From NCBI GenBank assembly GCA_052327205.1, contig CM126211.1, positions 157,604,001 through 157,668,000 on the forward strand: DNA of 64,000 bases. The letters are read 5' to 3'. The DNA is from Somniosus microcephalus. Lineage: Eukaryota. A model generated the notes under the pieces. The model worked only from the letters and a program-made list of their open reading frames with translations, was not told where the DNA came from and did no database searches. This document shows positions 10,936 through 22,114 of this stretch, piece after piece (position 1 is the first letter of the stretch; every line of letters begins with the position of its first letter). A program made the position numbers and the translations under genes.

Positions 10936-12025
10936 AGGCACACCAGCAGCAGCACCAACAAGAGCGACAACCTTCTCCTCAACTACCTGATGCTGCACAG
11001 GGCAGAGGCCGTCAGCGCAGGGTTGCACCGCGCCGCAGGAGATACCCCCAACACAGGAATTACAGGCTGAGGATGAGCTTCCTCAACATGACTGAGCAGC
11101 AGCAGTGCCAAAGGTGGCTGAGACTTTTGTGACAGGTAGTCGCAGACATTTACCCAATGCTCGAGCAAGACCTGCAGCCCAGAGGAGCGGGTGGACACGC
11201 CTTACCAGTGGCTGTCAAAGTCACCACTGCCCTCAACTTCTTTGTGTCAGGGTCCTTCCAGAGATCGGGAGCAGACATTAGCGGCATCTCTCCACTGATG
11301 AAGCCAGTGTTACCGAGTGGGTGCTCGGCTTTGTCAATCTGGCTGGCTTCCCACGGGTGCAGGGCGTCATCGACTGCACACGTGTGGCCATCAGAGCACC
11401 CCATCAGAACCCAGCAGCATTTATAAACCGCAAGGGCTTCCACTCCCTTAACGTGCAGCTGGTCTGTAACCATAGGAAGAGCATCATGCATGTGTGCGCG
11501 AGATTCCCTGGCAGCTGCCATGACTCTTGCATCCTGCGCCAGCCCACTGTCCCTCAGCTGTTCGCACCGTCAAACAAACTTTCTGGCTGGCTTCTTGGAG
11601 ACAAGGGCTATCCTCTGAAGACGTGGCTAATGACACCATTGAGGAGGCCATCAAACGAGTCTGAGGAGCGTTGCAATCAAAGCCACATTTCCACCAGAAG
11701 TCTCAGAGCAAACAATAGGGTTGCTCAAAATGCGCTTCAGATGCCTGGACAGATCTGGTGGAGCCCTACAGTACGCAGCAGCCTGGGTCTCGAGAATCGT
11801 CGTTGTCTGCTACACCCTGCACAACATCGCACCGCAGCAAGGATTAGCGCTGCATGAGGAAGAAGGTGCAGAGCGCACAGCCTCTTCAGAGGAGGAGGAG
11901 AATGAGCAGAATGAGGTTCAGCAAGAGGAGACCTGGAGGAAGTGGCTGACCCAGTGTGACCAGCACGTGAGCACATTGATTAGGCCATCCCTGGCATAAC
12001 GGGCAGCAGTGCCAGATTCACGTAA
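10936..12025 (+). pseudogene. HARBI1-like DDE transposase pseudogene
   Basis: [51 protein letters not shown] and KMRFRCL...LHN. It has a stop codon, an internal deletion near 11293, a frameshift near 11700 and a micro-inversion. Confidence 0.92.
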
Positions 12026-12310
12026 CTTCATGCAGCACAGACCTGTGGCTGCCACATGCACATGAAGGTTGGAATGACCACACTGCAACACCATAGAGCA
12101 TCTCTACAATGAACTGTTCAATCCTTGCACTGTCACCACCATTGCTGACAATAAAGGCGCTCTTATCCTTGTCTGTGCCACTTCAATTTGAGACCACACA
12201 TATGGCAACAAAATCAAACATTCAGAAAACATTACTTTATTGCAACAAAATAAAAGAACAGAATCTTAACACTCATTTATAGCAATTCACCTAAGTGACT
12301 ACCCTTGTGA

Positions 12311-14207
12311 CTATTTCTGTGGGAGCTTTATTTTACGCGTGCTTCTATGTGGTGCTACCCCTGTGGCTTCACCAGATGTAGAGGCAGCCTGCTTACTTCC
12401 CTGCTGCGCCTGCTTAGACGCCTTTGGCGGTCGTCCTCTGGGTTTTGGAGCCTATGAGGGCCCTGCCAAAGTCTGCTCCTCCTGCGGCTGTGCAGGGGCA
12501 GACTCAGCCATCACTGTTCAGAGAGGCATATGGGGCTCTGACCGAGGGGTTGGCAAGGAGGGGGGGACGTTTGAGCGCTCGGAGAGGAGCCCCCACTTCC
12601 ATGTCCCCTCTCACCATCATCCCACTCATGGGCCACCCGCACTTCTCTGCTAGCAAGTAGCTGGAGAGCACCTTGCTGCACATCAGTGAGACCATGAGGA
12701 CCCAAGTCTGTGCTGACATTCCATGAATGACGTCCATGAACCTCTGGTTTCTCTCCTCAATAGATGTCCATCCATCCTTCATAGATGACCACCTATTTAG
12801 AAGTGTTACCATGTTCTCCTGAGTCTGGCGATTTATGTCCCCCATGGAAGTTGCCATCCCTTCCATGGCAGAACCTGCAGTTGCTAGTGCATGCGCCATG
12901 GCATTGCTCATATTTGAGATGAACTCCTCCATTCTCTGCACACTCACAGTCACCATGGTTGCAAACCCTGTCAGAGCCTCCTGAACTTGTTCCTGAAGCT
13001 CCAGGATCACCCTCTTCCTGAATGGCCCCCGAGGCTCAGCGTCTGCATTCAGCTCAGCAGAGCTAGGAGACTCCCGTGGCCTCTGACGAGGGGTCTCCCT
13101 ATCTCCACCATCTGATCTTGCTCACTTGTGACTTGTGATACACCAGGTGACAACACTACTCTATCTTGCATAGGATCCACCGAGGTGTGCATCTCTGCGC
13201 TGGTGCTAGGTGTGCTCATTTCTGCTGACGCTGCTCCCTCAGAGGCTGGAGCATCCTCTCTGGAGTGCTCCTGCTCATCCTCCTGGATAGTAGGGGGCTG
13301 GGCTCTTGATAGTCCTGTGGGAGAGTAAAGACATGAGTTAGACATGTGATATGTAGATTGCAGACACATCCCATTATGCACATGATTAGCACTCAATTTC
13401 TATTGACATCAGATCCCAATCGAGTCACTCACGAGTGCAAAATAAGATGTCTGGAAATAATTCTGTTACCAAGTGTTCTAATGAGCTCCTCTCTCCGTCC
13501 CCCACTTCAGGCTGGTCAACTACTCCTGTGATGTCCAGAGCTGCCTCCTCCGCGCTGGTGAGCTCAGCCAGCGATGGTGGTCCTCCTCCTGTTCTCTCCC
13601 TCTCCCACTTATTGTGGGCTCTCTTTTCCTGCAGTGAGGGAAAGAAGTGCAGTTTTAGCGAGAGTGATGGAATGAGTGTGAAGAATGGATAGGATAGATG
13701 TTTAGAGGGAGACTATGATGGAGTGGGGTGCCAATACCAAGTTGCCTCCTTTTGAGTTGTTAGTTGTTATTGCATAACGTTGAGGGTGAATGTGAGGGGT
13801 GCATAGTAAGATGGGGATGTGATTCTGTAGATAGGGAGACAGGAATGGGTGATGGTGCAAGGGATGTTGGGGTGAGTTTGGATGTGCAGGAGTAGGGATG
13901 GCAACAGAGTGATGGGGATGTGATGACAGGCACAGCAGAATTAAGATAAGTGTGCTTTTATACTTGCTTTTCCTGAATGCAGGAAATCATTAAATCTCTT
14001 CCTATATTGCACCCAGGTGCAAGCAAACACAGACCTTGCATTCACCTCCTCAGCTATTTGCAGCCAGGCTGCCTTTGTCTGGTGAGGAGGTCTCCTCCTT
14101 CCAGCCCCAGGGAATAGAACCTCCCTGTGTCCTCTGACTCCCTCCACAAGAACATGGAGGGAGTCATCGTTGAAGCGTGGCACAGCCCTCTGTCTCTCTG
14201 CAGTCAT
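12311..14207 (-). pseudogene. Three-exon Myb/SANT-like (MSANTD type) Harbinger accessory gene, degraded: exons 14207-~13968, 13628-13470 and 13314-12311
   Basis: Exon 1 reads PRFNDDSLHVLVEGV...WLQIAEEVNA...RKRFND. Exon 2 reads EKRAHNK...RTGGGPP. Acceptors are CTGCAG and CCACAG; the second donor is GTAAC and the first appears as GCAAGT. Exon 3 has stops and frameshifts. Confidence 0.85.
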
Positions 14208-14465
14208 TTTTCAATCGAGTAGCACTCAGGAGTATAGAAGCAGAAATGAGCACAAATGGGGACATGGCCCCCTTAAATACACCGGCAGCCAACGCGTCAT
14301 CAGAGGAGCTCAACAGACCCGCACCTAGTGATTGGGCTGGGTAACGCGCACGGCGGGCTTAACAAGCCCAATCAACGGAAAATTGTTTGTGCAGAGCGGC
14401 TGCAGCTGGGAGCAGGACCGGAACCCGCCAACTACCTCTCCTGCCGCGAACCTGCTCTGCTTATA

Positions 14466-14814
14466 CAGGTTGGACCCCGGTAATCCGGCACCCTCGGGAC
14501 CAGGCCGGTGCCGGACTATTGAAAATTCCGAACCACTGAAGGTGTCGAAAGTCACCACAAACACCGCCACCACCTGCTCCTCCTCTTCCTGCTGCTGCCC
14601 TCCCTGTGCCGCCGCCCACGGGCTGCTCGGGCTCCATCGCTCCGCTGAGCCATCGGTGATGCTGCGCGGTCCAGGCGCTGATCCTGACCCGGCGGCGGTC
14701 CCGGGACCCGAGCCGGACCCATCCCAGGGAGGGAATGTGACAGCAGGACCTTCCTCGTGCCGGTCCACTGAAGGTGCCAGACCGTCGGGTGCCGGATTAC
14801 CGGGGTTCAACCTG
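14466..14814. mobile_element. 349-bp pogo/Tigger-like (Tc1/mariner superfamily) MITE
   Basis: 28-bp TIRs CAGGTTG(G/A)ACCCCGGTAATCCGGCACCC with one mismatch, flanked by TA at 14464-14465 and 14815-14816. Confidence 0.9.
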
Positions 14815-15313
14815 TATGAGCTATATGTTCCAGTGGTAGCACATCTTCTGTTATTTGGCATACAGTTTTAACACCACATCTGAAGTTTAGACTCTGCGTT
14901 TTCAGTTGTCTGAGAAAATGATGGTGGTAGAATTGTACTGGTCATCCCATGCATCATAGTTAAAAAGGAGGTATTTGGTTAAAGTTTGTAGATCCTTAAC
15001 TATTGTATGTGACTGAAACCAAAGACATTCACCAAATTTATTTAGTAACCGAACTAGGCAAACCCATCACAAGATAGAATTTACAGTGTTATAGACGGAA
15101 TAAATTTACTCGGAAAGCTATTAAAGCAGATTAAATAATTGGGTTCCATAAACAACTCTATTTCTGGAGACACCTGAAGTAACTGGATATAGCAGGATTG
15201 TTGAGTAGAATTACTTTTTCCTGTTCCTAAAATAGTTTGTTTCCATTACTCTAGTAGTTCTTGATCTACCGGGTAAAGTTGAGAATGACACTACCTGACC
15301 CAGTAGAAACTGT

Positions 15314-17032
15314 GGGCTGAATTTTACCAGGGCGGGCGACGTCCTGGGCGAGTCCCGACCCCACAGCTGTGTCGATCCTAGCCTCTGACATGATTTTACG
15401 ATGATTGGGCTTGTTAAGCCCGCCCTGAGAGGTTCCCGGACAATTAAAAGGAAGTGGGTCTGATGACATCATCTGATGATGTGCCATCAGCCGGTTTCCT
15501 TAAAGGGGCCATGTCCACATTAATTTTGACAGTTGTGCTGTCAGTGTTCTGCAGCAAACACTGACAAGCACTGCACAAAGGTGCACGGCTGCACTCAGGT
15601 TCGCCCATGACTCCCTCCATATGTTTATGGAGGGAGTCACAGTGCACAGGGAGGTTCTCTTCCCTTCCAATGGGCGGAAGAGACCTCCCCAGGACACCAA
15701 CGCAGCCTGGTTGCACATTGCACAGGAGGGCACAAGCACAGATTTCATCAGGAGGACCAGGCTGTAGTGGCGTAAACCTTTCAATGATCTCAATGGATCA
15801 CAAAACGTTACTGCAAAGCCACACTCAGCCTCGTCCTGCTGTGCCTCTCACCACATCCCCATCACTCTGCCTTCCCTACCCTAGTCCTGCACATCCTTAC
15901 TCACACCAACTTACCTTGCACCTCCACCCATCCCCCTCTATCTACATTATCACTTCCCCATCTCACTAGCCACCCCTCATCCTTGTCCAATTATGCCAAC
16001 TAACAACAAGAGTAGGCACTTGGCTGTTATCGCCAATGTTCATGTAAAATTTCTGTTAATGTGTTGTCAAACATTGAAATCTTCATTTTCAACAATTTGC
16101 CTTCTTGGACAGATCTGTGTGCACCTTTGGAAATGGCTTAGCGAGTTGCAGTGAATGGTGAGACATAACAGTAACCCCCCCCCTCAATGGTGATGAGTGT
16201 GAAAGGAATGGCTTGGGCATTGTAGGGATGCTTTATGGTGTTGGTGTGGGGTGGTGCCAACCTGGCGCATCATGTGGCAGCCAGGGTGTACAGCCTCAAG
16301 TGAAGTAAATCTGGCCATGGTGAGGCCATCCCTGGCCACCCCGGGAACAATCTGCTCGGGTGCTGATGTCCTGTGCAGCATCAGGTGATTGTGGAGAAGG
16401 CTGGTGATGCTGGTGTGCCTAGTGATGTTGGTGTTGGGGCTAATCATGGTGGGATTCTGAGGACCAAGGTGAGATTTTTTCAATGGCACCAATGCCAATA
16501 TAATAGATGGCAGCTGAAGTTGAGATGACAGAAGCGATCTGTCAATGGTAAAAGGTGTAGCTCCAAGGAGTTGACACTGGATAGAGAATTTGCTCCAAAC
16601 CTCCATAAAGCTGAAGTGTATTCCAAATGCTGAAGGCTCCAGCTTCTAAGATTGGAAATTGAACAGCTGTGAAATGGTAACTTTTATACCACTTTTGCAG
16701 CTGTCAACTATTCACTGCAATGGAGAGTCATTGAGAACCCGACACACTTACCTGACGTGATCCACAAGTGCCGGGAACCTCGTTAAAAACATGGAAAAAA
16801 CTTTAGGACCTGGTAAAATGCTGCTTAAATGCTTTTAAGCAGCTTCTTAAGTATCTCAATTGCCTGACCCACCGCTTAGTGCCTGGTCTGCAAACTACAG
16901 GCAGAGCCGGCACTTGGGAAATTAACAAGGAGGCGGGTTCAGAGCGGACTTCCGCCCTGCTGTCAATCACTGCCATTTTGACTGCAGACCTGCCTCCAAA
17001 CTCGCACTCGCAGCGCCGGTAAGATTCTTGCC
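15314..17032. mobile_element. Internally deleted Harbinger element 3, related to element 1 and in opposite orientation
   Basis: TIRs GGGCTGAATTTTACCAG and GGCAAGAATCTTACCGG (12/17), TSD TGT. A + strand Myb remnant at ~15585-15800 reads RFAHDSLHMFMEGV...REVLFP...AAWLHIA. A - strand transposase C-terminal remnant reads ARDGLTMARFT at ~16300-16340. Confidence 0.85.
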
Positions 17033-17842
17033 TGTCTTTCTGAACTGAGTGTCATAAGATTTTGAAATTTAGCCTTTAAGAATGAAAAAAAAGTTTTGTG
17101 ACAAGTGCAGTACAGACTATTTGGTTCAGCACTAGTACATGCATGCCTCCAATTCATTTTTTTGTTGCGAATATTCCCCTCAGCTTAACATCCTTTTTAG
17201 TAGCTGTATACACCCATCTACACTACCTGCTCATTTTAGACATGCAGAAACTTGCTTGTAATCACCTAGCCTCTCTGTTAATTTACAATGAATACCCACA
17301 CACTGTTTGTCATCTACACAAATATGTAACCCTAACTGCAGCTAGAGCTTTATATCTTTTTGTATAATAGCAGTAACTTTTTTTAATATACTATATCCTC
17401 TGCAAAATAATGCATTATCTGAGCAGGACTGAGTGACTCCAGCATTACCACCAGTATTCCTTCAATATTCTGCACTTTTTTTTTCTTTTGCATTAGTTCT
17501 CCTCTCCCAATCTTTCACTGGAAAGCTGTGACTTTCACAGGCTCTCTGTAGGTGGCAGAGCAGACATGTGAGCTGCAGGTGGCTTCAGAATTGCGTTGCA
17601 GTATATCTGATACCAGATGCATGCCTGTGAATGTGATCCAGAAATAAAATTGGTGGGTGGGAAGGAAGGGAATAGTTTGTAACAGGTTCCAAAAATCCAG
17701 GAACAGCATCTACTTTTAAGAAATTAGTGAAGTCTTGTGAGAGGGTGAAGAGGTAAGCTGTAGCTGGAGGACCTGTGTGTGGGGTGGTGCCAACCTGGCG
17801 CATCATGTGGCAGCCAGAGTGTACAGCGTCAAGTGAAGTAAA

Positions 17843-19911
17843 TCCTAGGCCCAACCATCTTCAGCTGCTTCATCAATGACCTTCCCTACAACATAAGGTT
17901 AGAAATGGGATGTTCACTGATGACTGCACAGTGTTCAGCGCCATTCACAACTCCTCACATAATGAAGCAGTCCATGTCCGCATGCAACAAGACCTGGACG
18001 ACGTTCAGGCTTGGGCTGATAAGTGGCAGGTAACATTCGCGCAACAGAATATAACATAAGAAATAGGAGCAGGAATAGGCCACTTGGCCCCTCGAGCCTG
18101 CTCCGCCATTCAATAAGATCATGGCTGATCTTGGGCTCAGGGCCACTTCCCCGCCCGCTCCCCATACCCTTCACTCCCTTATCTTGCAAAAATTTGTCTA
18201 TCTCCACCTTAAATGTATTTAATGACCCAGCCTCCACAGCTCTCTGGGGCAGAGAATTCCACAGATTTCCGACCCTCTGAGAGAAGAAATTCCTCCTCAT
18301 CTCAGTTCTAAAAGGGCGACCCTCTATTCTAAAACTGTGCCCCCGCGTTCTAGATTTCCCCACGAGGGGAAACATCCTCTCTGCATCTACCTTGTCGTGC
18401 CCCCTCAGTATCTTGTATGTTTCAATAAGATCACCTCTCATTCTTCTAAATTCCAATGAGTATAGGCCCAGCCTGCTCAACCTTTCCTCATAAGTCAACC
18501 CCCTCATCTCTGGAATTAACCTAGTGAATCGTCTCTGAACTGCCTCCAATGCAAGTATATCCTTCCTTAAATAAGGAGACCAAAACTACGCAGTACTCAA
18601 GGTGTGGTCTCACCAATACCCTGTACAGTTGTAGCAGGACTTCCCTACTTTTATACTCCAACCCCTTTGAAATAAAGGCCGACATTCCATTTGCCTTTTT
18701 GATTACTTGCCGTACCTGCATGCTAACTTTTTGTGTTTCATGCACAAGGACCCCCAGGTCCCTCTGAACTGTAGCATTTTGTAATCTCTCTCCATTTAAA
18801 TAATAATTTACTTTTTTATTTTTCCTGCCAAAGTGTATAACCTCACACTTTCCCACATTATACTCCATCTGCCAAATGTTTGCGCATTCACTTAGCCTGT
18901 CTATATCCCTTTGCAGGTTCTTTGAGTCCTCTGCACAACTCGCTTTCCCACCCATCTTTGTATCATCCGCAAACTTGGCTACATTACACTCAGTCCCTTC
19001 ATCCAAGTCATTAATGTAGATTGTAAATAGTTGAGGCCCCAGCACCGATCCCTGTGGCACCCCACTAGTTACCGTTTGCCAACTGGAAAATTACTCATTT
19101 ATCCCGACTCTCTGCTTTCTGTCAGTTAGCCAATTCTTTATCCATGCCAGGCAATGACGATCTCCAACAAGCAAGAGTCTAACCACCTCCCCTTGACATT
19201 CAACGGCATTACCATTGCCGAATTCCCCACCATCAACATCCTGGGGGTCACCATTGACCAGAAACTTAACTGGACCAGCCACATAAATACTGTGGCAACA
19301 AGAGCGGGTCAGAGGCTAGGTATTCTGTGGCGACTGTCTCGCCTCCTGACTCCCCAAAGCCTTTCCACCATCTACAAAGCACAAGTAAGGAGTGTGATGG
19401 AATACTCTCCACTTGCCTGGATGAGTGCAGCTCCAACAACACTCAAGAAGCTCGACACCATCCAGGACAAAGCAGCTCGCTTGATTGGCACCCCATCCAC
19501 CACCTTAAACATTCACTCCCTCCACCACCGGCGTACTGTGGCTGCAATGTGTACCATCTACAAGATGCACTGCAGCAACTCGCCAAGGCTTCTTCGGCAA
19601 CACCTCCCAAACCCGCAACCTCTTCCACCTAGAAGGACAAGGGCAGTAGGTGCATGGGAACACCACCACCTCCAAGTTCCCCTCCAAGTCACACACCATC
19701 CTGACTTAGAAGTATATCGCCGATCCTTCATTGTCGCTGGGTCAAAATCCTGGAACTCCCTACCTAGCAGCACTGTGGGAGTACCTTCACCACACGGACT
19801 GCAGCGGTTCAAGAAGGCAGCTGACCACCACCTTCTCGAGGGCAATTAGGGATGGGCAATAAATGCTGGCCTTGCCAGCAACACCCACATTCCATAAACG
19901 AATTTAAAAAA
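17843..19911 (+). mobile_element. 5'-truncated LINE (CR1/L2-group family distinct from the classical CR1 copies), split by a nested CR1
   Basis: LGPTIFSCFINDLP...KWQVTFA (17843-18041) resumes as CQAMTISNK...ILGVTIDQKLNW...SVMEYS at 19145. 3' tail gggcaataaatgc...aaaaaaa. Confidence 0.85.
18047..19149 (-). mobile_element. 5'-truncated CR1 LINE nested in the preceding LINE
   Basis: [34 protein letters not shown] and RRMRGDLIETYKIL. CR1 3' tail ...cctatttcttatgtt. Confidence 0.93.
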
Positions 19912-20233
19912 ACTGCTGGCTGCATGCAGCCCACCCAACATCGGTGGCACTTACTTGTACCAACTGTCAGTATTCAGAATATACTTCCTTTTGAACTAAA
20001 GAAAACAAATGCTGTTTGGAGATAGTTATCCCATTCCCTAGTGCAAACAAAAAACCCTGTTCATCATAGGGACACAATCCTGCATAGAAAAGGGAAAGCC
20101 CTACATTCAAATCTAGCCAGAGATGGAGAAAGAAGCAGTGACTACAAGCAGGCAACTGAGATTGGCAGGTAGGTAGCCTCAGAGTAGAGTAGAGGCACTG
20201 TGGAGGCCATGTGGCGGTCACTGACTGAGACTG

Positions 20234-21132
20234 AATAGGAAATAGCGGAGGCTCTGACCATCATTTTCCAATCCTCTCTGGCTACAGGCTTGGTGCCAGA
20301 GGACTGGAGGACTGCTAATGTTGTGCCATTGTTTAAAAAGAGAGAAAGGGATAGACCAAGTAATTACAGGCCAGTCAGCCTAATCTCGGTGGTGGGGAAA
20401 ATTATTAGAAAAAATTCTGAGGGACAGTATAAATCATCATTTAGAAAGTCATGGATCTGTTAAGGGAAGGTTGTGTTTGACTAACTTGATTGAATTTTTG
20501 GAGGAGTTAACGAGAAGGGCTGATGAGGGTAGTGCATTTGACGTGGTCTACATGGATTTTAGCAAGGCCTTTGACAAGTTCCTACATGGCAGGTTGTTGG
20601 TCAAAAAATGTAAAAGCCCATGGGATCCAAGGGAAAGTGACAAGTTGGATCCAAAATTGGCTTAGTGGCAAGAAGCAAAGGGTAATGGTCGACGGGTGTT
20701 TTTGTGACTGGAAGGCTGTTTCCGGTGGGGTTCCACAGTGCTCAGTACTAGGTCCCCTGCTTTTTGTGGTATATATCAATGATTTAGACTTCAATGTAGG
20801 GGTCATGATTAAGAAGTTTGCAGATAATACAAAAAATGGCCATGTGGTTGATAGTGAGGAATAGAGCTGTAGACTGCAGGAAGATATCAATCGACTGGTC
20901 AGGTGGGTAGAAAAGTGGCAAATGCAATTTAATCCGGAGCAGTATGAGGTAATGCATTTGGGGAGGGCTAACAAGGCAAAGGAATACACAATAAATGGTA
21001 GGATACTGAGAAATGTAGAGGAACAGAGGGACATTGGAGTGCATGTCCACAGATCCCTGAAGGTAGCAGGATGGGTAGATAAAGTGTTAAGAAGGCATAC
21101 AGGATATTTTCCTTTACTGGCTGAGGCATAGA
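20234..21132 (+). mobile_element. Degraded CR1 ORF2 fragment
   Basis: PEDWRTANVVPLFKK, CLTNLIEFLEE, DVVYMDFSKAFDK, GVPQCSVLGP and KFADNTK, with frameshifts. Confidence 0.9.
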
Positions 21133-22114
21133 GAGGGGGACCTAAAACCGGCGTCATGCCCCTCATTAGCATATGTTTTAGACAGCCGCCACAAATGCCA
21201 GAAAATATTTCTACACCAATATGGTGTCAGGAGTCCTTGTGAAAATGGCACAATAATGACCAATTTATACCCCATTCAGGCAAATATTAACAACGTTTAA
21301 CAAAGTGCCACATAATAGGCTTGTTAGCAAAATTAAATCCCATGAGATTAAAGGGACAGTGGCAGAATGAATACACAATTGGCTAAGGGACTGTAAGCAG
21401 AGAGTAGTGGTGAACAGTTGGTTTTCAGACCGGAGGGATGTATGCAGTGGTGTCCCCCAGGGGTCAGTATTAGGTCCACTGCTCTTTTTGATATATATTA
21501 ATGACCTCGACTTGGGTATATCTTTGCAACATCTACAAGTTTACAGATGATACAAAACTTGGAAATGTAGTAAATAGTGAGGAGGATAGTAGCAGACTTC
21601 AGGAGGACATGGACAGACTGGTGAAATGGGCAGACACATGGCAGATGAAATTTAATGCAGAGAAGTATGAAGTGATGCATTTTGGAAGGAAGAATGAAGA
21701 GAGACAATATAAACAAAATGGTACAATTTTAAAGGGGGTGCAGAGACCTAGGGAATCACATACACAAATCTTTGAAGGTGGCAGGACAAGTTGGTTCCTT
21801 GGCTTTATAAATGGCAGCATAGAGTACAAAAGCAAGGAAGTTATGCTAAACCTTTATAAATCACTAGTTAGGCCTCAGCTGGAGTATTGTGTCCAATTTT
21901 GGGCACCACACTTTAGGAAAGATGTCAAGGCCTTTGACAGAGTGCAAAGGAGATTTACCAGGATGAGGGACTTCAGTTATTTGAAAAGACTAGAGAAGCT
22001 GTGATTGTTTGGTTAGAGCAGAGAAGGTTATGGGGAGATTTAATAGAGGTGTTCAAAACAGTGAAGGATTTTGATAGCGTAAATAAGTAGAAACTGTTTA
22101 CAGTGGCAGAAGGG

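Larger units (their letters stand above)
10936..14463. mobile_element. Degenerate PIF/Harbinger transposon 1 (transposase on +, Myb/SANT-like gene on -); both termini lost
   Basis: Two convergent genes. The right subterminal region (gggcttaacaagcccaatca) is the reverse complement of 15400-15422 in element 3. Truncated by a CR1 fragment on the left and a pogo-like MITE on the right. Confidence 0.85.

Noticed and set aside
14325-14871. Overlapping 178-aa and 179-aa ORFs on both strands
   Set aside because: They span a Harbinger end and a GC-rich MITE. The repeated peptide NPGNPAP/DPGNPAP comes from the TIRs, and there is no domain signature.
21135-21290. Short GC-richer patch ending ATTTCTACACC, resembling a Harbinger TIR
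   Set aside because: No partner TIR or TSD was found, so it is too short to call.
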